The notes under the pieces are model-generated. The model searched no databases, had not been told where the DNA came from, and saw only the letters and a list, made by a program, of their open reading frames with translations. 64,000 nt of DNA from a virus (taxonomy: Duplodnaviria > Caudoviricetes), in IMG/VR virus record IMGVR_UViG_3300047160_004786, positions 1 to 64,000 of that record. The stretch is one strand, 5' to 3'. Of this stretch, positions 8,356-18,337 are shown in pieces (the stretch's first letter is position 1; the number at the start of each line of letters is the position of its first letter). Position numbers and translations under genes: made by a program.

Positions 8356-8894
8356 TACTTCGTCGACATCATAACTCGTATCGACTCCATGGTATGCATA
8401 AACTTGGCAACGTCTAACTTGTCAGTCATCTGTGCTTTAGCGACCTCCATCGTCCAGGCCAAAATGCCATCCCGATATTTCGGTGGGATGCCCTTCATCG
8501 CGATAGCTATCATGGAGCCGATGATCGCCATTATCTTGCGGTAATCGTAGCCACCGTCACGAGGCAGCAAGCTTATCAAGGCTCCCTTTGCCGCCTCCTC
8601 GGTCCACTGAATGAACTCGACATCGGCACTAAATTCAGGCTCCTTCTTATCCGCAAACCCAGGGGCGGATTGCGTCAATTGGATAATCTGCTGAAGATGC
8701 CTATCAGCCTTCTCAGGATCAAACATTCCATTCAAAACAAGAGATATGAACCCGGCAATCGCGTATGACACGTCAGAAAACGTGGTGAGATTCTTCTCGG
8801 CCGCGACGATGTCGGCCAACCTCAAGGCAACATCCATGATGTGCCGGTAATGCTGATCCTCGGCGTCGTCGCCGTCGGCCCAAGGTGATGTCAT
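8355..8894 (-). CDS. Hypothetical protein
   Basis: 179-aa ORF in operon orientation, stop codon abuts array 3. Confidence 0.65.
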   Translation of the reverse strand: MTSPWADGDDAEDQHYRHIMDVALRLADIVAAEKNLTTFSDVSYAIAGFISLVLNGMFDPEKADRHLQQIIQLTQSAPGFADKKEPEFSADVEFIQWTEEAAKGALISLLPRDGGYDYRKIMAIIGSMIAIAMKGIPPKYRDGILAWTMEVAKAQMTDKLDVAKFMHTMESIRVMMSTK

Positions 8895-8950
8895 GGAATT
8901 TTTCTCCCTTTTTTCACCAAAGCACGCATGTCACGAAATTGCAAGTCCGA

Positions 8951-9532
8951 TTAACGCCTCAATATCGCGAGGCTGGTCCCCTCGATGTGCCGGATCGGCA
9001 TGCCGGTCTCGGCAAGCCTGTCCAATACCTCCCGCACATCCACATCGGGATTGGCGAAATAATAGTCGTGCCACAGGATCAGTCCGCCAGGACGCACACG
9101 AGCCCGGGCCAGGAGCGAATCCCACTCCACAGCGATCCGACCATGGTCGCCGTCGATCAGCATGGCATCGCAGACCGGCAGATCGGCCGGCACGAGATCG
9201 AGCGACCCCCTCAGCCGAATGATCAATTCCAGCCTGGGGTCTCCCAAGGCGAATTGTCCCGGCACTCCCGGAACCTCAGCCCGCTGGGTCGGTAAGCTGG
9301 TGACGTATCCAACCTCAACATCCACCCCGATATAACGGCAGATGCTGGGGACGTTCTTGAGCAGGATCTCGGCACATCGACCTTCGTTTATCCCAATCTC
9401 GACAACTGTCACGGCTCCTATCTCCCGCAACAGGGTCACCAAGATCGCCCTCTCTCGGGCCGACATCATGATTTCCGGCCTGACCCGGTCCAAGTCCTCC
9501 GCTGCCAAAACTGCGATCAGTGGCAGACCCAT
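8951..9532 (-). CDS. Class I SAM-dependent methyltransferase (Methyltransf_24-like)
   Basis: VVEIGINEG SAM motif, DAMLIDGDH, RPGGLILWHDY. GGAGG RBS. First gene of the minus-strand operon. Confidence 0.85.
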   Translation of the reverse strand: MGLPLIAVLAAEDLDRVRPEIMMSARERAILVTLLREIGAVTVVEIGINEGRCAEILLKNVPSICRYIGVDVEVGYVTSLPTQRAEVPGVPGQFALGDPRLELIIRLRGSLDLVPADLPVCDAMLIDGDHGRIAVEWDSLLARARVRPGGLILWHDYYFANPDVDVREVLDRLAETGMPIRHIEGTSLAILRR

Positions 9533-9544
9533 AGCTATCCTCCA

Positions 9545-9610
9545 TTATTGGAATACCTCAACAGTGTTGACAGTTTACATAAAAGGTACATCTGTAGTAG
9601 TGTCTATTTG
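9545..9610. promoter_or_regulatory. Divergent promoter region with an operator-like palindrome TCAACA-G-TGTTGA (9558-9570)
   Basis: AT-rich gap between divergent operons. The palindrome overlaps a TTGACA hexamer. Confidence 0.5.
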
Positions 9611-9664
9611 CGGATATTCTACCCTGAATCGAATTTTTCGCTAAAGCACGAGGAGGCTCAGGTA

Positions 9665-10117
9665 ATGGCACGCGGAAATGCTGAATCCCTCACAGCCAAT
9701 TCGAGGGAGTTATCCACAGAAGACTTCCAGAAATATGAGAAGCACTACTTGGAATGCATGGGGGACGCCAAGTCGGCACGCGACGATGTCAACGACGCCC
9801 TCAAGCAGTTCCAACAAGATCACAACGGAAATCCCAAGGCATTCAAGGATGTCATGCGGATGAAGATCGTGGCCCACAAGGATCCAATCAAGGGCCGCAT
9901 CTATTGGGAGGACTTCAAGGCCTACATCGCTCTCTCTGACTACGAGTCTATTCTTGCCCCCATGCTCGGAGATGCTCCAGGCCAGGAAAATACTACTGGA
10001 ATGGTCGATACGACCGTCAAGCGGAAGCGAGGCCGCCCGCCTGGGAGCAAGAATAAGCCTCGCCATGTCGAGGAGTATTCTGATAATGTTACCCAGTTTC
10101 AGGATACCGCCGCCTGA
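9665..10117 (+). CDS. Putative DNA-binding protein (weakly GapR/DUF2312-like) with an AT-hook
   Basis: GAGGAGG RBS, helical N-terminus, KRKRGRPPGSKNKPR AT-hook. Confidence 0.55.
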   Translation: MARGNAESLTANSRELSTEDFQKYEKHYLECMGDAKSARDDVNDALKQFQQDHNGNPKAFKDVMRMKIVAHKDPIKGRIYWEDFKAYIALSDYESILAPMLGDAPGQENTTGMVDTTVKRKRGRPPGSKNKPRHVEEYSDNVTQFQDTAA

Positions 10118-10129
10118 CCGAGAAAATAC

Positions 10130-10717
10130 ATGAGGATTGCGGCATTTGACCCCGGACTGAGCGGAGCCGGGGTCATCTACGAGCGAGATCAAGCGGACCT
10201 GTTCGGCCGGCACGGCACGCCTCAGCCCGACATACACCGGGTTGTGGATTTCCTCGACTTACCCACAGCCGGTGAAAACACCCAGCGGAGAATCAATGCC
10301 CCCGCCGTCGCCAAGTGGCTCCTCGCTCATCATCCCGACCAAGCCGTCATCGAATCAGTGACGGCCATGCCCCCTCGACCCGGTCCCGGCGGCCGGCAGC
10401 GGTCCATGGGGGCGGCATCGCTGGGCCGGTTCTTCCGGGCAGTCGGAGCCATCGAGGCGACCGTCGCCTGCGTCGGTGTCCCCCACCAATACGTGACACC
10501 CCAAGCTTGGAAGGCACATCACCGGCTCAAGGGACCAAAAAAAGAAGCGTCCCGGCAGCGTGCAATCGAACTGGTCCCTTCCGCAGCCCACCTCCTCACT
10601 CGAAAAAAGGATCACGGTCGAGCCGAGGCTCTGCTGATGGCTCTGTGGCTGGCAGATCAGATCGATTCAAGAATCCTCAAAAATGGCCGACAAATCCAAG
10701 CTCTTGCCGGCCGGTAA
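10130..10717 (+). CDS. ruvC: RuvC-like Holliday junction resolvase
   Basis: MRIAAFDPG, AVIES, VTPQAWK, DHGRAEALL acidic catalytic motifs. Confidence 0.85.
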   Translation: MRIAAFDPGLSGAGVIYERDQADLFGRHGTPQPDIHRVVDFLDLPTAGENTQRRINAPAVAKWLLAHHPDQAVIESVTAMPPRPGPGGRQRSMGAASLGRFFRAVGAIEATVACVGVPHQYVTPQAWKAHHRLKGPKKEASRQRAIELVPSAAHLLTRKKDHGRAEALLMALWLADQIDSRILKNGRQIQALAGR

Positions 10718-10934
10718 TTTCACTGTCCAGCTGGTTGACGTGTTTGCCCAGCTTGAGGCAATGTCCAACCCTCTAGAAAATATAAGGCCGAGATTGATGG
10801 TGCATTTGCCTCCTCTGGGCCTGGAACCCAAGTGGGTCGTGGGCTCCCAGGAGTTCCAGAAGATGAGCCGGGAAAAACGCAGGGAATGGTGGGTCAGACG
10901 TGTCAGGTGGATTTACGAGACGCAAGACTACTGA
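10683..10934 (+). CDS. Hypothetical protein
   Basis: 83-aa ORF overlapping both neighbours. Confidence 0.5.
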   Translation: MADKSKLLPAGNFTVQLVDVFAQLEAMSNPLENIRPRLMVHLPPLGLEPKWVVGSQEFQKMSREKRREWWVRRVRWIYETQDY

Positions 10935-11568
10935 GAACTCTGTATCCGCCGATTACGTCTTCGACGGCTTCAAGCCGCACCACTACGCCGCCATCGTCTG
11001 CGATCCGCCCTGGCGGTTTAAATCTTACACCCCCCTCGACAGCGACAACTGGGATGAACGCCGGGACGTAGACAAGCATTACGTGACCATGGACCTCGAC
11101 AGCATTGCCGCATTGCCGGTGGGCGATCTCGCAACCAGGGACTCGCACCTCTTCCTCTGGGCGACCGGCCCCAACCTGCCCGGTGCTTTTGAGGTAATCA
11201 AAGCGTGGGGCTTCCGGTACTCCTCGATGGCGTTCGCCTGGGTCAAGCTCAAGCGAAGCACCCGGATGGACCGGCTGGCCTACTACCCGCTCACTGAGGA
11301 CAACCTCCACGTCGGCCTAGGCCTCACAACCCGGCACAACGTCGAGCTATGCCTTTTGGCCCGCCGGGGTAACGCCCGCCGCCTCTCCAAGTCCGTCCGC
11401 GAGGTGATCCTCGCCCCGGTCAGGGAGCACAGCCGCAAGCCGGATCAGGTCTACGACCGGGTCGAGACCTACTGCCGGGGACCGTATCTAGAGCTTTTCT
11501 CACGAGAAACGTCTCGCCAAGGGTGGACCCTCTGGGGATCGGAGATAGGGAAGTTCCGTCATGGCTGA
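10900..11568 (+). CDS. MT-A70 family N6-adenine methyltransferase
   Basis: IVCDPPW, FLWAT, WGFRY, EHSRKPD, YLELFSR motifs. Confidence 0.92.
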   Translation: MSGGFTRRKTTENSVSADYVFDGFKPHHYAAIVCDPPWRFKSYTPLDSDNWDERRDVDKHYVTMDLDSIAALPVGDLATRDSHLFLWATGPNLPGAFEVIKAWGFRYSSMAFAWVKLKRSTRMDRLAYYPLTEDNLHVGLGLTTRHNVELCLLARRGNARRLSKSVREVILAPVREHSRKPDQVYDRVETYCRGPYLELFSRETSRQGWTLWGSEIGKFRHG

Positions 11569-11709
11569 CATTCCGCTGTCGTGCTGCATATGCCTCGGTC
11601 CCATCATCGTGGCTGCTTCCCCAGGTGTCGAGGTCAAGGTCCGCCAAATCCCGCTCATCCAACTGGCAGACCGGCAACCCAGGTCCCGGCAGAACGAAGG
11701 GAGGGGACC

Positions 11710-12051
11710 GTGACCAAAACGGAAAGCCGCAACCGCGAGATCGTCCTGGCGGCCAGGAGCAGGCTCTACAGCTTGGAGGAACTGGCCCAGGTCTACAACC
11801 TGCCCCTGTATCGGATCGAGCAGATCGTCCAGGCGGCCGGGAACGCGGAACGAATCGCTGAGGAAAAACGAAGGGAAGATGAACGCAAGAGGCAGTTGAA
11901 AGAAAAAATCATTAGCAAGATGAGGCACCTAGTTGAAATTAAGGGCTGGTCGGTCGGAGCCGCCGCCATCAAGTTGGACGTGTCTCCGATTACACTCAAG
12001 AATTGGGGTGTCAGGTTCGAAATGCCGCAACCGATGGGGTATATGGGATGA
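11710..12051 (+). CDS. Putative HTH transcriptional regulator
   Basis: RNREI...YSLEELAQVYNL...RIEQI helix-turn-helix-like segment and a second HTH-like segment WSVGAAAIKLDVS. Confidence 0.55.
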   Translation: MTKTESRNREIVLAARSRLYSLEELAQVYNLPLYRIEQIVQAAGNAERIAEEKRREDERKRQLKEKIISKMRHLVEIKGWSVGAAAIKLDVSPITLKNWGVRFEMPQPMGYMG

Positions 12052-12184
12052 ACGTTGACTCTCGTCAGATTTGGAGTCAGCGTCTGTGGGTAAGTGAGTG
12101 CCATCCACCGATAGAAATCCAGGGATGTAAAGCGTGCCGACGAACTCAAGGAACCCAATCTGGCTTAGCGAATAGCCAAAAAAA

Positions 12185-12216
12185 TGGCCCCCAAGTGGCT
12201 GTAACCACTGGGGGCC
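12185..12216. terminator. GC-rich hairpin after the plus-strand gene block
   Basis: GGCCCC(C)AAGTGG...CCACTGGGGGCC inverted repeat. U-tract is weak. Confidence 0.4.
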
Positions 12217-13888
12217 TGTTCCCCTCTAGCTCGACCACGCCAATGGTGCGAAGGCTATAGGTGGGTCTCGTTAAAATGCTGAAGAGTTCAGCAAACGTCA
12301 AGCCCCTCCTTAACCGCCCCATTAAATGGTCAGCTAGATCGAGCCCGGTTCTAAGGGCACGGTCGAGTGCCTAGTCACGGTCCCAGTCCCACGCCGCCTC
12401 AGCATGGTGAGACGGCAAGCGAGTGGGGAGCCTGGGGTCGAGGCCGATAAGGACCGCGAGCTTCTACGTGCGGGTCTCGTCGCCATCTACACGAGACGGA
12501 GGCAATTGCCTGTTTTTGAGCTTTAACAGGCGGCAAGGGGACTGGCCATACAGGTCCAAGCGGGCTCTGGTGCCTCGATTCCATCCCGCCGCCAACGAGA
12601 CCGACCCAGGCAGAAAAAGCCGCAGTCGCTCGAATAAAGGCGAAGAGGCACGGGTGTAACATCCCGTGGGGACAACTTCCGCTCGGAGGGTCCGCCCAGT
12701 GGTTCTGGGATCCCCTCCAGGCCACGTCGAGTGAAATACGATGCGATGTCGGAGAGCCCTCAGCCACTCAACAGCCGCCATGCCGGCCAAGAGTGCGATT
12801 CTGAGTACCGTCGCACCGGTCAGTGCTCGAACGTGGTGCTGTATTCGGATGATGAGGCAGCGGAGCCGCAACCCAGTGCATGCGGCAGGCGACGGACGGT
12901 GGGCCAACGTCCGGCGGGATCATGGCCGAGGGCATGACCCGGAAGGGAAACGAGTACGCGGGATGCTGGTTTTGAGGTGAGGCGGCGGGGTCTTTTTCTT
13001 TTCTAGCAACTGAAACCCAACCTTCTCTGCCTTTCAGTAACCAAGATCAGCTTCCCTTCCCCTCACCAGGGAACGAGGGCAGGCCGCCCAGCAAGCAAGC
13101 CAGGGGCCTCCTCGGCGGAAAGGCTGGGAATCTGCCTGAAATCTGAATATTGATTAAAAGTTGAGGAACTTGATGATATTGCTCTGGGTTGTATCGGCCT
13201 GGATGTGGGGGATGAGGTGGCGGCCGGTGGCCTATATATAGTTTTCATAAATTGTGTGTATATTTAAGGGGGTTATTTATGAGAGGGCTGAAAATTGGGC
13301 CGGAAACGAGGTCGATACCTGCGGAGAATTGAGGCTCAGATCAAGCGGGCGACCGAGGCTGAGCTTAAGCTGCGGGGCGGGAGCGGCAACCAGCCGCCCA
13401 AGCAGGCTCCGTTGCGGGGGCCGGCTGATCTGTCCAAGCCGCTCCAGGCCAAGCCTGGATACCGTGTGCAGGAGGAGTTGCCGCTGAGCGACCCACCCCT
13501 GGAGGATCTCTCGCATCTGGTCCAGGGACCGACCCCGGCAGAGCTAGCGGAGCTGGCTCTCCTAGAGGAGTGCCGGCGGCGGGGTATTTTCCAAGTCAGT
13601 CCGCCGGCTCAGGAAGGCCCTCAGGCGGCCCTAGGAGCCCCGCTGGTGAGCCCGATGGGGGAGGGACCGGTATTCATACCCTCGGGAGGGCAAGCCATCC
13701 TATGCCTCTCTTGCGGGGCTGTAGAGGTGGATGGCCACGAGGACTGGCCCTGCCCCTCCTGTGGGGAGGTGCGGACCCACGAGAAAAATATTTCGGGACA
13801 GGTCACGATTTTGCGTGACAGGGGGTTATCGCCTAGGGTAAATTCTTCTCCGGAGCCCAGCAAAGGGGTTTCCGAGGGAGTAGCGACG

Positions 13889-15940
13889 ATGAACGCAACC
13901 GACACGGTGAAAGGCCCCTACGGCCTGATTTTTGGCCCCTCCCAGGTCGTGATGACGGTGCGGGGTGAGCGGCGGGTCCGCAACGCGGAGCCCACCGAGG
14001 AGTTTTGGCAAGTTTGGAGATCGAACAAAGAGCGGCTCCGCGACCTCGGTTTCGGTTGCAGGAAAAACGACAACACTGGCAAGTGGTCCGTCTCGCTCTG
14101 GGATGAGACCCTCAGTGTCGAGGCCCGGGAGCAGTCGCTCCAGGCGTCCAAGGCGGTTGATGCCGCCATCGATATCCCCCTCCCAGAAGGTCTCGAACTG
14201 CTCCCGTATCAGCGGGGTGGCATCGCTTACGCTCTCGGGCGTGAGGCGACCTTGTTTGGCGACGAAATGGGCTTGGGAAAGACCATCCAGGCCATCGGCG
14301 TTTGCAACATCACCAAGCCTCAACGCATTTTGGTCGTGTGTCCTGCCAGCATCAAGCTCAACTGGGCTCGCGAGATCGGCAAGTGGCAGACGCTGTCGCT
14401 GCCGGTGACGATCATTCGGGCTGGCGACCGGCATGATTTCCGTCAGGCTGGTTGGTATATCGTCAACTACGACATCATCAGCCGCTATCCGCACATCAAA
14501 AACGACAAGTGGGATTTGATTGTGGTGGACGAGGCCCACCGCATGAAATCCCGTACCGCTCAGAGGACCGTTTTTATCTTTGGTGGAAAGAAAAAGAATA
14601 AGGATGGTGAGCTTGTCACCGTCGAGCCCATCCCGGCTGCTCGCCGGCTGTTGCTCACCGGCACGCCGATTGTGAACCGGCCGTCTGAGGCTTACACGCT
14701 TTTGCAGTATCTCGATCCGGCCCGGTGGACCAACTACAACGCCTTCCGTCGCCGCTATTGTGCTGGCTACGACGAGGGTGCGTCGAACCTCGATGAGCTT
14801 CAGGTCAGGTTGCGTGAGACTGTGATGGTCCGCAGGCTGAAGCGAGATGTGTTGACTGAGTTGCCGCCCAAGGTCCGCCAAGTCATCGCAATCGAGCCGG
14901 AAGATGGCTCGCTGCGTGAGTTGATCGAGCTTGAGAAGCGGCTCTATGCGGAGACCGAGGCGGCGATCACCGAGGCATCGCAGGCGGCCGAAAAGGCCAA
15001 GGCTGAGGGTAACGAGCAGGCCTACCGTGACGCCATCCAGAGCCTGAAGGAGGCTCAGAAGGTAGCGTTTGAGCGGATTGCAAAGGTCCGTCACGATGTC
15101 GGTCTCGCCAAGGTCCCGTATGTGTTGCGTCACCTCTCGGAGATCGATGGTAAGGTGCTGGTGTTTGCTCACCACACCGATGTTGTGCAGGCGATTGTCA
15201 ACGCCCAGGACCGTGGCACGGTCGTTTCGATCACTGGTGATACTCCGCTCGACAAGAGGCAGGCCGCCGTCGATGCGTTCCAGAACGACGATAACGTCAC
15301 CGTTTTTGTGGGCAACATTCAGGCGGCTGGCGTGGGCATCACCCTCACTGCGTCGTCTCATGTCGTGTTTGCTGAGCTTGACTGGGTTCCGGGGAATGTG
15401 ACCCAGGCCGAGGACCGGGCTCACCGGATCGGACAGAAAGACAGCGTCCTAGCCCAGCACATCGTGCTTGACGGTTCGCTCGATCAGCGGATGGCTACGC
15501 TGATCATAGAGAAGCAGAGGGTGATCGATCAGGCTCTCGATAACGAGGTGAAGGCCCAGGCCGTTCTGACGCCTGCGGTCGAGCTTGTGAAAGTGGTGCA
15601 GGAGGCTCGGCCTGAGAAATTGGAGCAGTTGCAGGCCCAGGCCCACGAGCTTCCCCAGGCGGTGCAGGATCGTCTGCCGGCGGCTCCGGGTGAACTGACC
15701 CGGGATCAGGTCGCCGCGATCCAAGAGGCTCTCAGGCTCTTGGCCGGCATGGACAGCGACCGGGCCAGGGTGCTCAATGGTGCGGGCTTCAGCAAGTTCG
15801 ACACCGACTTTGGCTGCAAGTTGGCGATGCTCGACCGGCTCACCCCTCGGCAGGCCGAGGCCGCCAAGAAAATGGTGATCCGGTATCGCCGGCAGTACAG
15901 TGAAGAGCTTCTTGCTCGTATTAACGGGGTGGCGGCTTAG
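13889..15940 (+). CDS. SNF2/HARP-like (SMARCAL1-like) helicase; the ORF is open back to 13295
   Basis: LLPYQ, GDEMGLGKT, VVDEAH, LLTGTPIVNRP, QAEDRAHRIGQ. GAGGGAG RBS before the ATG at 13889. Confidence 0.92.
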   Translation: MNATDTVKGPYGLIFGPSQVVMTVRGERRVRNAEPTEEFWQVWRSNKERLRDLGFGCRKNDNTGKWSVSLWDETLSVEAREQSLQASKAVDAAIDIPLPEGLELLPYQRGGIAYALGREATLFGDEMGLGKTIQAIGVCNITKPQRILVVCPASIKLNWAREIGKWQTLSLPVTIIRAGDRHDFRQAGWYIVNYDIISRYPHIKNDKWDLIVVDEAHRMKSRTAQRTVFIFGGKKKNKDGELVTVEPIPAARRLLLTGTPIVNRPSEAYTLLQYLDPARWTNYNAFRRRYCAGYDEGASNLDELQVRLRETVMVRRLKRDVLTELPPKVRQVIAIEPEDGSLRELIELEKRLYAETEAAITEASQAAEKAKAEGNEQAYRDAIQSLKEAQKVAFERIAKVRHDVGLAKVPYVLRHLSEIDGKVLVFAHHTDVVQAIVNAQDRGTVVSITGDTPLDKRQAAVDAFQNDDNVTVFVGNIQAAGVGITLTASSHVVFAELDWVPGNVTQAEDRAHRIGQKDSVLAQHIVLDGSLDQRMATLIIEKQRVIDQALDNEVKAQAVLTPAVELVKVVQEARPEKLEQLQAQAHELPQAVQDRLPAAPGELTRDQVAAIQEALRLLAGMDSDRARVLNGAGFSKFDTDFGCKLAMLDRLTPRQAEAAKKMVIRYRRQYSEELLARINGVAA

Positions 15941-16149
15941 GCCGCCTCCTTCAGAGCCCGCCACTGTTGCTCGGTGGCTAGTCAGGGTGTCTAGCCTGAC
16001 GAAGAAGCGGGGTCGCTCCCGTAAAAAAGGCCCGGGCCTCGGAGGGGCCGCGACTGGGGTAGCGTAAGGGTGGCAACGTGGAGCATTGTTCGCGAGGCAG
16101 TGCGATGAAGCGACCATCCCCCCCCAATTTTCAACAGAGGACAGCGACG

Positions 16150-16578
16150 ATGTCTGGTGATGTGAATCGGGTGATTATGCTGGGCCGCCTTGGTGCGGAC
16201 CCGGAGATTAAGACAGGTGCCGACGGTCAGAAGATAGCGATATTTTCAATCGCAATGGGCGAGACCATAAAGGACAAGGTCTCGGGCGAAAAGAAGAAGA
16301 TTACCGACTGGGCCAATGTTGTCGTTTTCAGCGAACGCCTGACGGAGGTGGTCGAGAAATACTGCAAGAAAGGCTCACGGGTTTACATCGAGGGCAAGTT
16401 CAGAACCCGCAAGTGGACATCGAAGGGGGGTGAGAACCACTATTCGACCGAGGTTGTGCTTGGTCCATTCAACTCGGCTCTACAGTTGGTGGACTCCAAG
16501 CCGAATGGGGAGTTCAAGGCTCGCGGCAGATCGGAGGATGAATACGGCACCGACAGTGCCGAGGAAATCCCGTTCTGA
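16150..16578 (+). CDS. ssb: Single-stranded DNA-binding protein
   Basis: NRVIMLGRLGADPE, KGSRVYIEGK, acidic tail ending EEIPF. Confidence 0.95.
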   Translation: MSGDVNRVIMLGRLGADPEIKTGADGQKIAIFSIAMGETIKDKVSGEKKKITDWANVVVFSERLTEVVEKYCKKGSRVYIEGKFRTRKWTSKGGENHYSTEVVLGPFNSALQLVDSKPNGEFKARGRSEDEYGTDSAEEIPF

Positions 16579-16588
16579 GGAGTGAGCC

Positions 16589-16774
16589 ATGGCGAAAATG
16601 AAATTGAGGCCGGAAGCGGCCGGGTTTGTCGAAGGCGTTCGATGGTGCTTCCAGAATAAGGAAGAACTGTTGACCATTTCAAACGCGATAGCGGAGGCGA
16701 GAAAAAGGTGGCCTGATTTCGAGCCGCCCCCGTCGCCGGTCAAAGCCCCCAATCTCCACAGCGTAAAGGACTGA
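16589..16774 (+). CDS. Hypothetical protein
   Basis: GAGGAG RBS, 61 aa. Confidence 0.55.
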   Translation: MAKMKLRPEAAGFVEGVRWCFQNKEELLTISNAIAEARKRWPDFEPPPSPVKAPNLHSVKD

Positions 16775-16861
16775 CTTCCCGGGACATTACGGGTAGCTGC
16801 GTTGCCATGCGGCAATCGCAGTGTGCTCGTCGTGTTCCGGTGGTAGGATGAGGAGTTTTGT

Positions 16862-17311
16862 TTGACCACGACCACGCCGATGGGAGGGCTATCCATGCCG
16901 ATGCCGGCAGAGCTACAGGGAAAGGTGCTCGCACTAGGACTGCACAGCGGACTTACGAAATTGGTGATGGCGATAGCTGAGGAGGCTTATGGTTTCGGGC
17001 AGGCCGCAACGAAGCGGGAGCCGTGCTGGCGGGAGGATACGGCCTTTGTGGAGTGGTACAAGGCTTATCCTCGGAGGTGTGATCCTGCGGATGCTCATAA
17101 GGCGTATCGCCGGGTGATCAGGGATGGACTGGCGACCCACGAGGTGCTGATCGAGCGAGCCAGGGAGTATGGCCGGACGGTCGATAAGCGATACACCAAG
17201 CTGCCGGCGACGTGGCTCAATAAGCACTCATTCCTTTCGGAGGAGCGGACCCAGGTCAGTCGGGGTGCGTTGTTTAATGTGATGCAGGATTTGACTGGAG
17301 AGGCGATATGA
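16862..17311 (+). CDS. Phage replication-initiator-like C-terminal domain protein
   Basis: FVEWYKAYPRR..ADAHKAY...YTKLPATWLN pattern typical of phage replication proteins. Exact start uncertain. Confidence 0.6.
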   Translation: MTTTTPMGGLSMPMPAELQGKVLALGLHSGLTKLVMAIAEEAYGFGQAATKREPCWREDTAFVEWYKAYPRRCDPADAHKAYRRVIRDGLATHEVLIERAREYGRTVDKRYTKLPATWLNKHSFLSEERTQVSRGALFNVMQDLTGEAI

Positions 17312-18057
17312 CAAATGAACTGGCGACAGTCTCATCCTATGACATGATTCCCCAGGACGATGATCGAACCAGCAAGATCAGGGCTTGGTGCTGGTCTGGG
17401 GCTCAGAACGATGTGGCGGCTCGGTCTGTCCGGCTGATCAATATGCCGAATGAGGACCAGAAGGTATTATTGCGGGAGAGGCGTGAGCTATTGGTGGGGA
17501 GGCTATCTTCCGCGAACTGTGACTCTCGCCCTTACAAGAAGGTGGGTGCGGCCTGCTTGCAGATGCTGGTCTGTTTTTCGCAAAACCAGCAAGGCCGCAA
17601 CGAATCTGAGAAGGAGTACGAGCAGAGGATCAGGCAACTGGTTGCGGTCTATGTGGCCGAGTTGAGGAAGGAGCCACTGTGGATCATCGAGGTTGTCTGT
17701 TCGAAAATCAGGGCTGGGCTATTGCAGGGATTTTCTCCGACATATGCTCCATCGACTATACAGGTGCAATCGGCGTGCAAGGAATATAAGGCTCAGTTTC
17801 TGGAGGAGGCTATCCAGATCGGCAATATCCTGCGGGCCTTGCCTGCGGTTCCACCGATAACGGAGGAGGAGCGGGAGAGAGTAAAGAAGAAATTCGCGGA
17901 GCTTCTCGCTGGCATGCATTCAAAAACGGCGGGCATCACGCGAGAGGAGGAATTGAAGAAGCGGGCTTTGGAATATTTCGAGCAACGTGGCATAACAAAA
18001 GAAATGCTCGACAAGATTCCAAATGCTCCAGCTAGGACTGGCAACTTCATTCGTTGA
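17308..18057 (+). CDS. Hypothetical protein (possible helicase-loader-like, by position)
   Basis: ATGA overlap with the upstream replication-like gene, 249 aa. Confidence 0.5.
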   Translation: MTNELATVSSYDMIPQDDDRTSKIRAWCWSGAQNDVAARSVRLINMPNEDQKVLLRERRELLVGRLSSANCDSRPYKKVGAACLQMLVCFSQNQQGRNESEKEYEQRIRQLVAVYVAELRKEPLWIIEVVCSKIRAGLLQGFSPTYAPSTIQVQSACKEYKAQFLEEAIQIGNILRALPAVPPITEEERERVKKKFAELLAGMHSKTAGITREEELKKRALEYFEQRGITKEMLDKIPNAPARTGNFIR

Positions 18058-18115
18058 CCTTTGATTGGTTCGCCTGTCTAATGAGGTGGGCGATGCCTTT
18101 CCGGGGTCCACGCAC

Positions 18116-18337
18116 ATGGAAATCGAGCAGAGAATAACTGGGACGGTAAAGTGGTTTGATCCAAGCAAGGGGTACGGGTTTATTGAGGTGAGTGGTCGGC
18201 CGGATGTGTTTATTCACATCTCAACGATCAAGCACCTCGAACCCTGCCTTATCGAGAAAGGGGATGAGATCGAGTTTGCCATCGGCCCTGGAAAAAAGGA
18301 CGGGCGGATGCAGGCTACAAAGGTCTCAGTGCTGTAA
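18116..18337 (+). CDS. csp: Cold-shock domain protein
   Basis: GTVKWFDPSKGYGFI (RNP1) and DVFIHIS (RNP2). Confidence 0.92.
   Translation: MEIEQRITGTVKWFDPSKGYGFIEVSGRPDVFIHISTIKHLEPCLIEKGDEIEFAIGPGKKDGRMQATKVSVL

Noticed and set aside
13826-15424. Long antisense ORFs (e.g. 13826-15424, 30985-31935, 33779-34459, 54492-55628, 57177-58262)
   Set aside because: They are shadows of GC-rich genes on the opposite strand, with no motifs or RBS.
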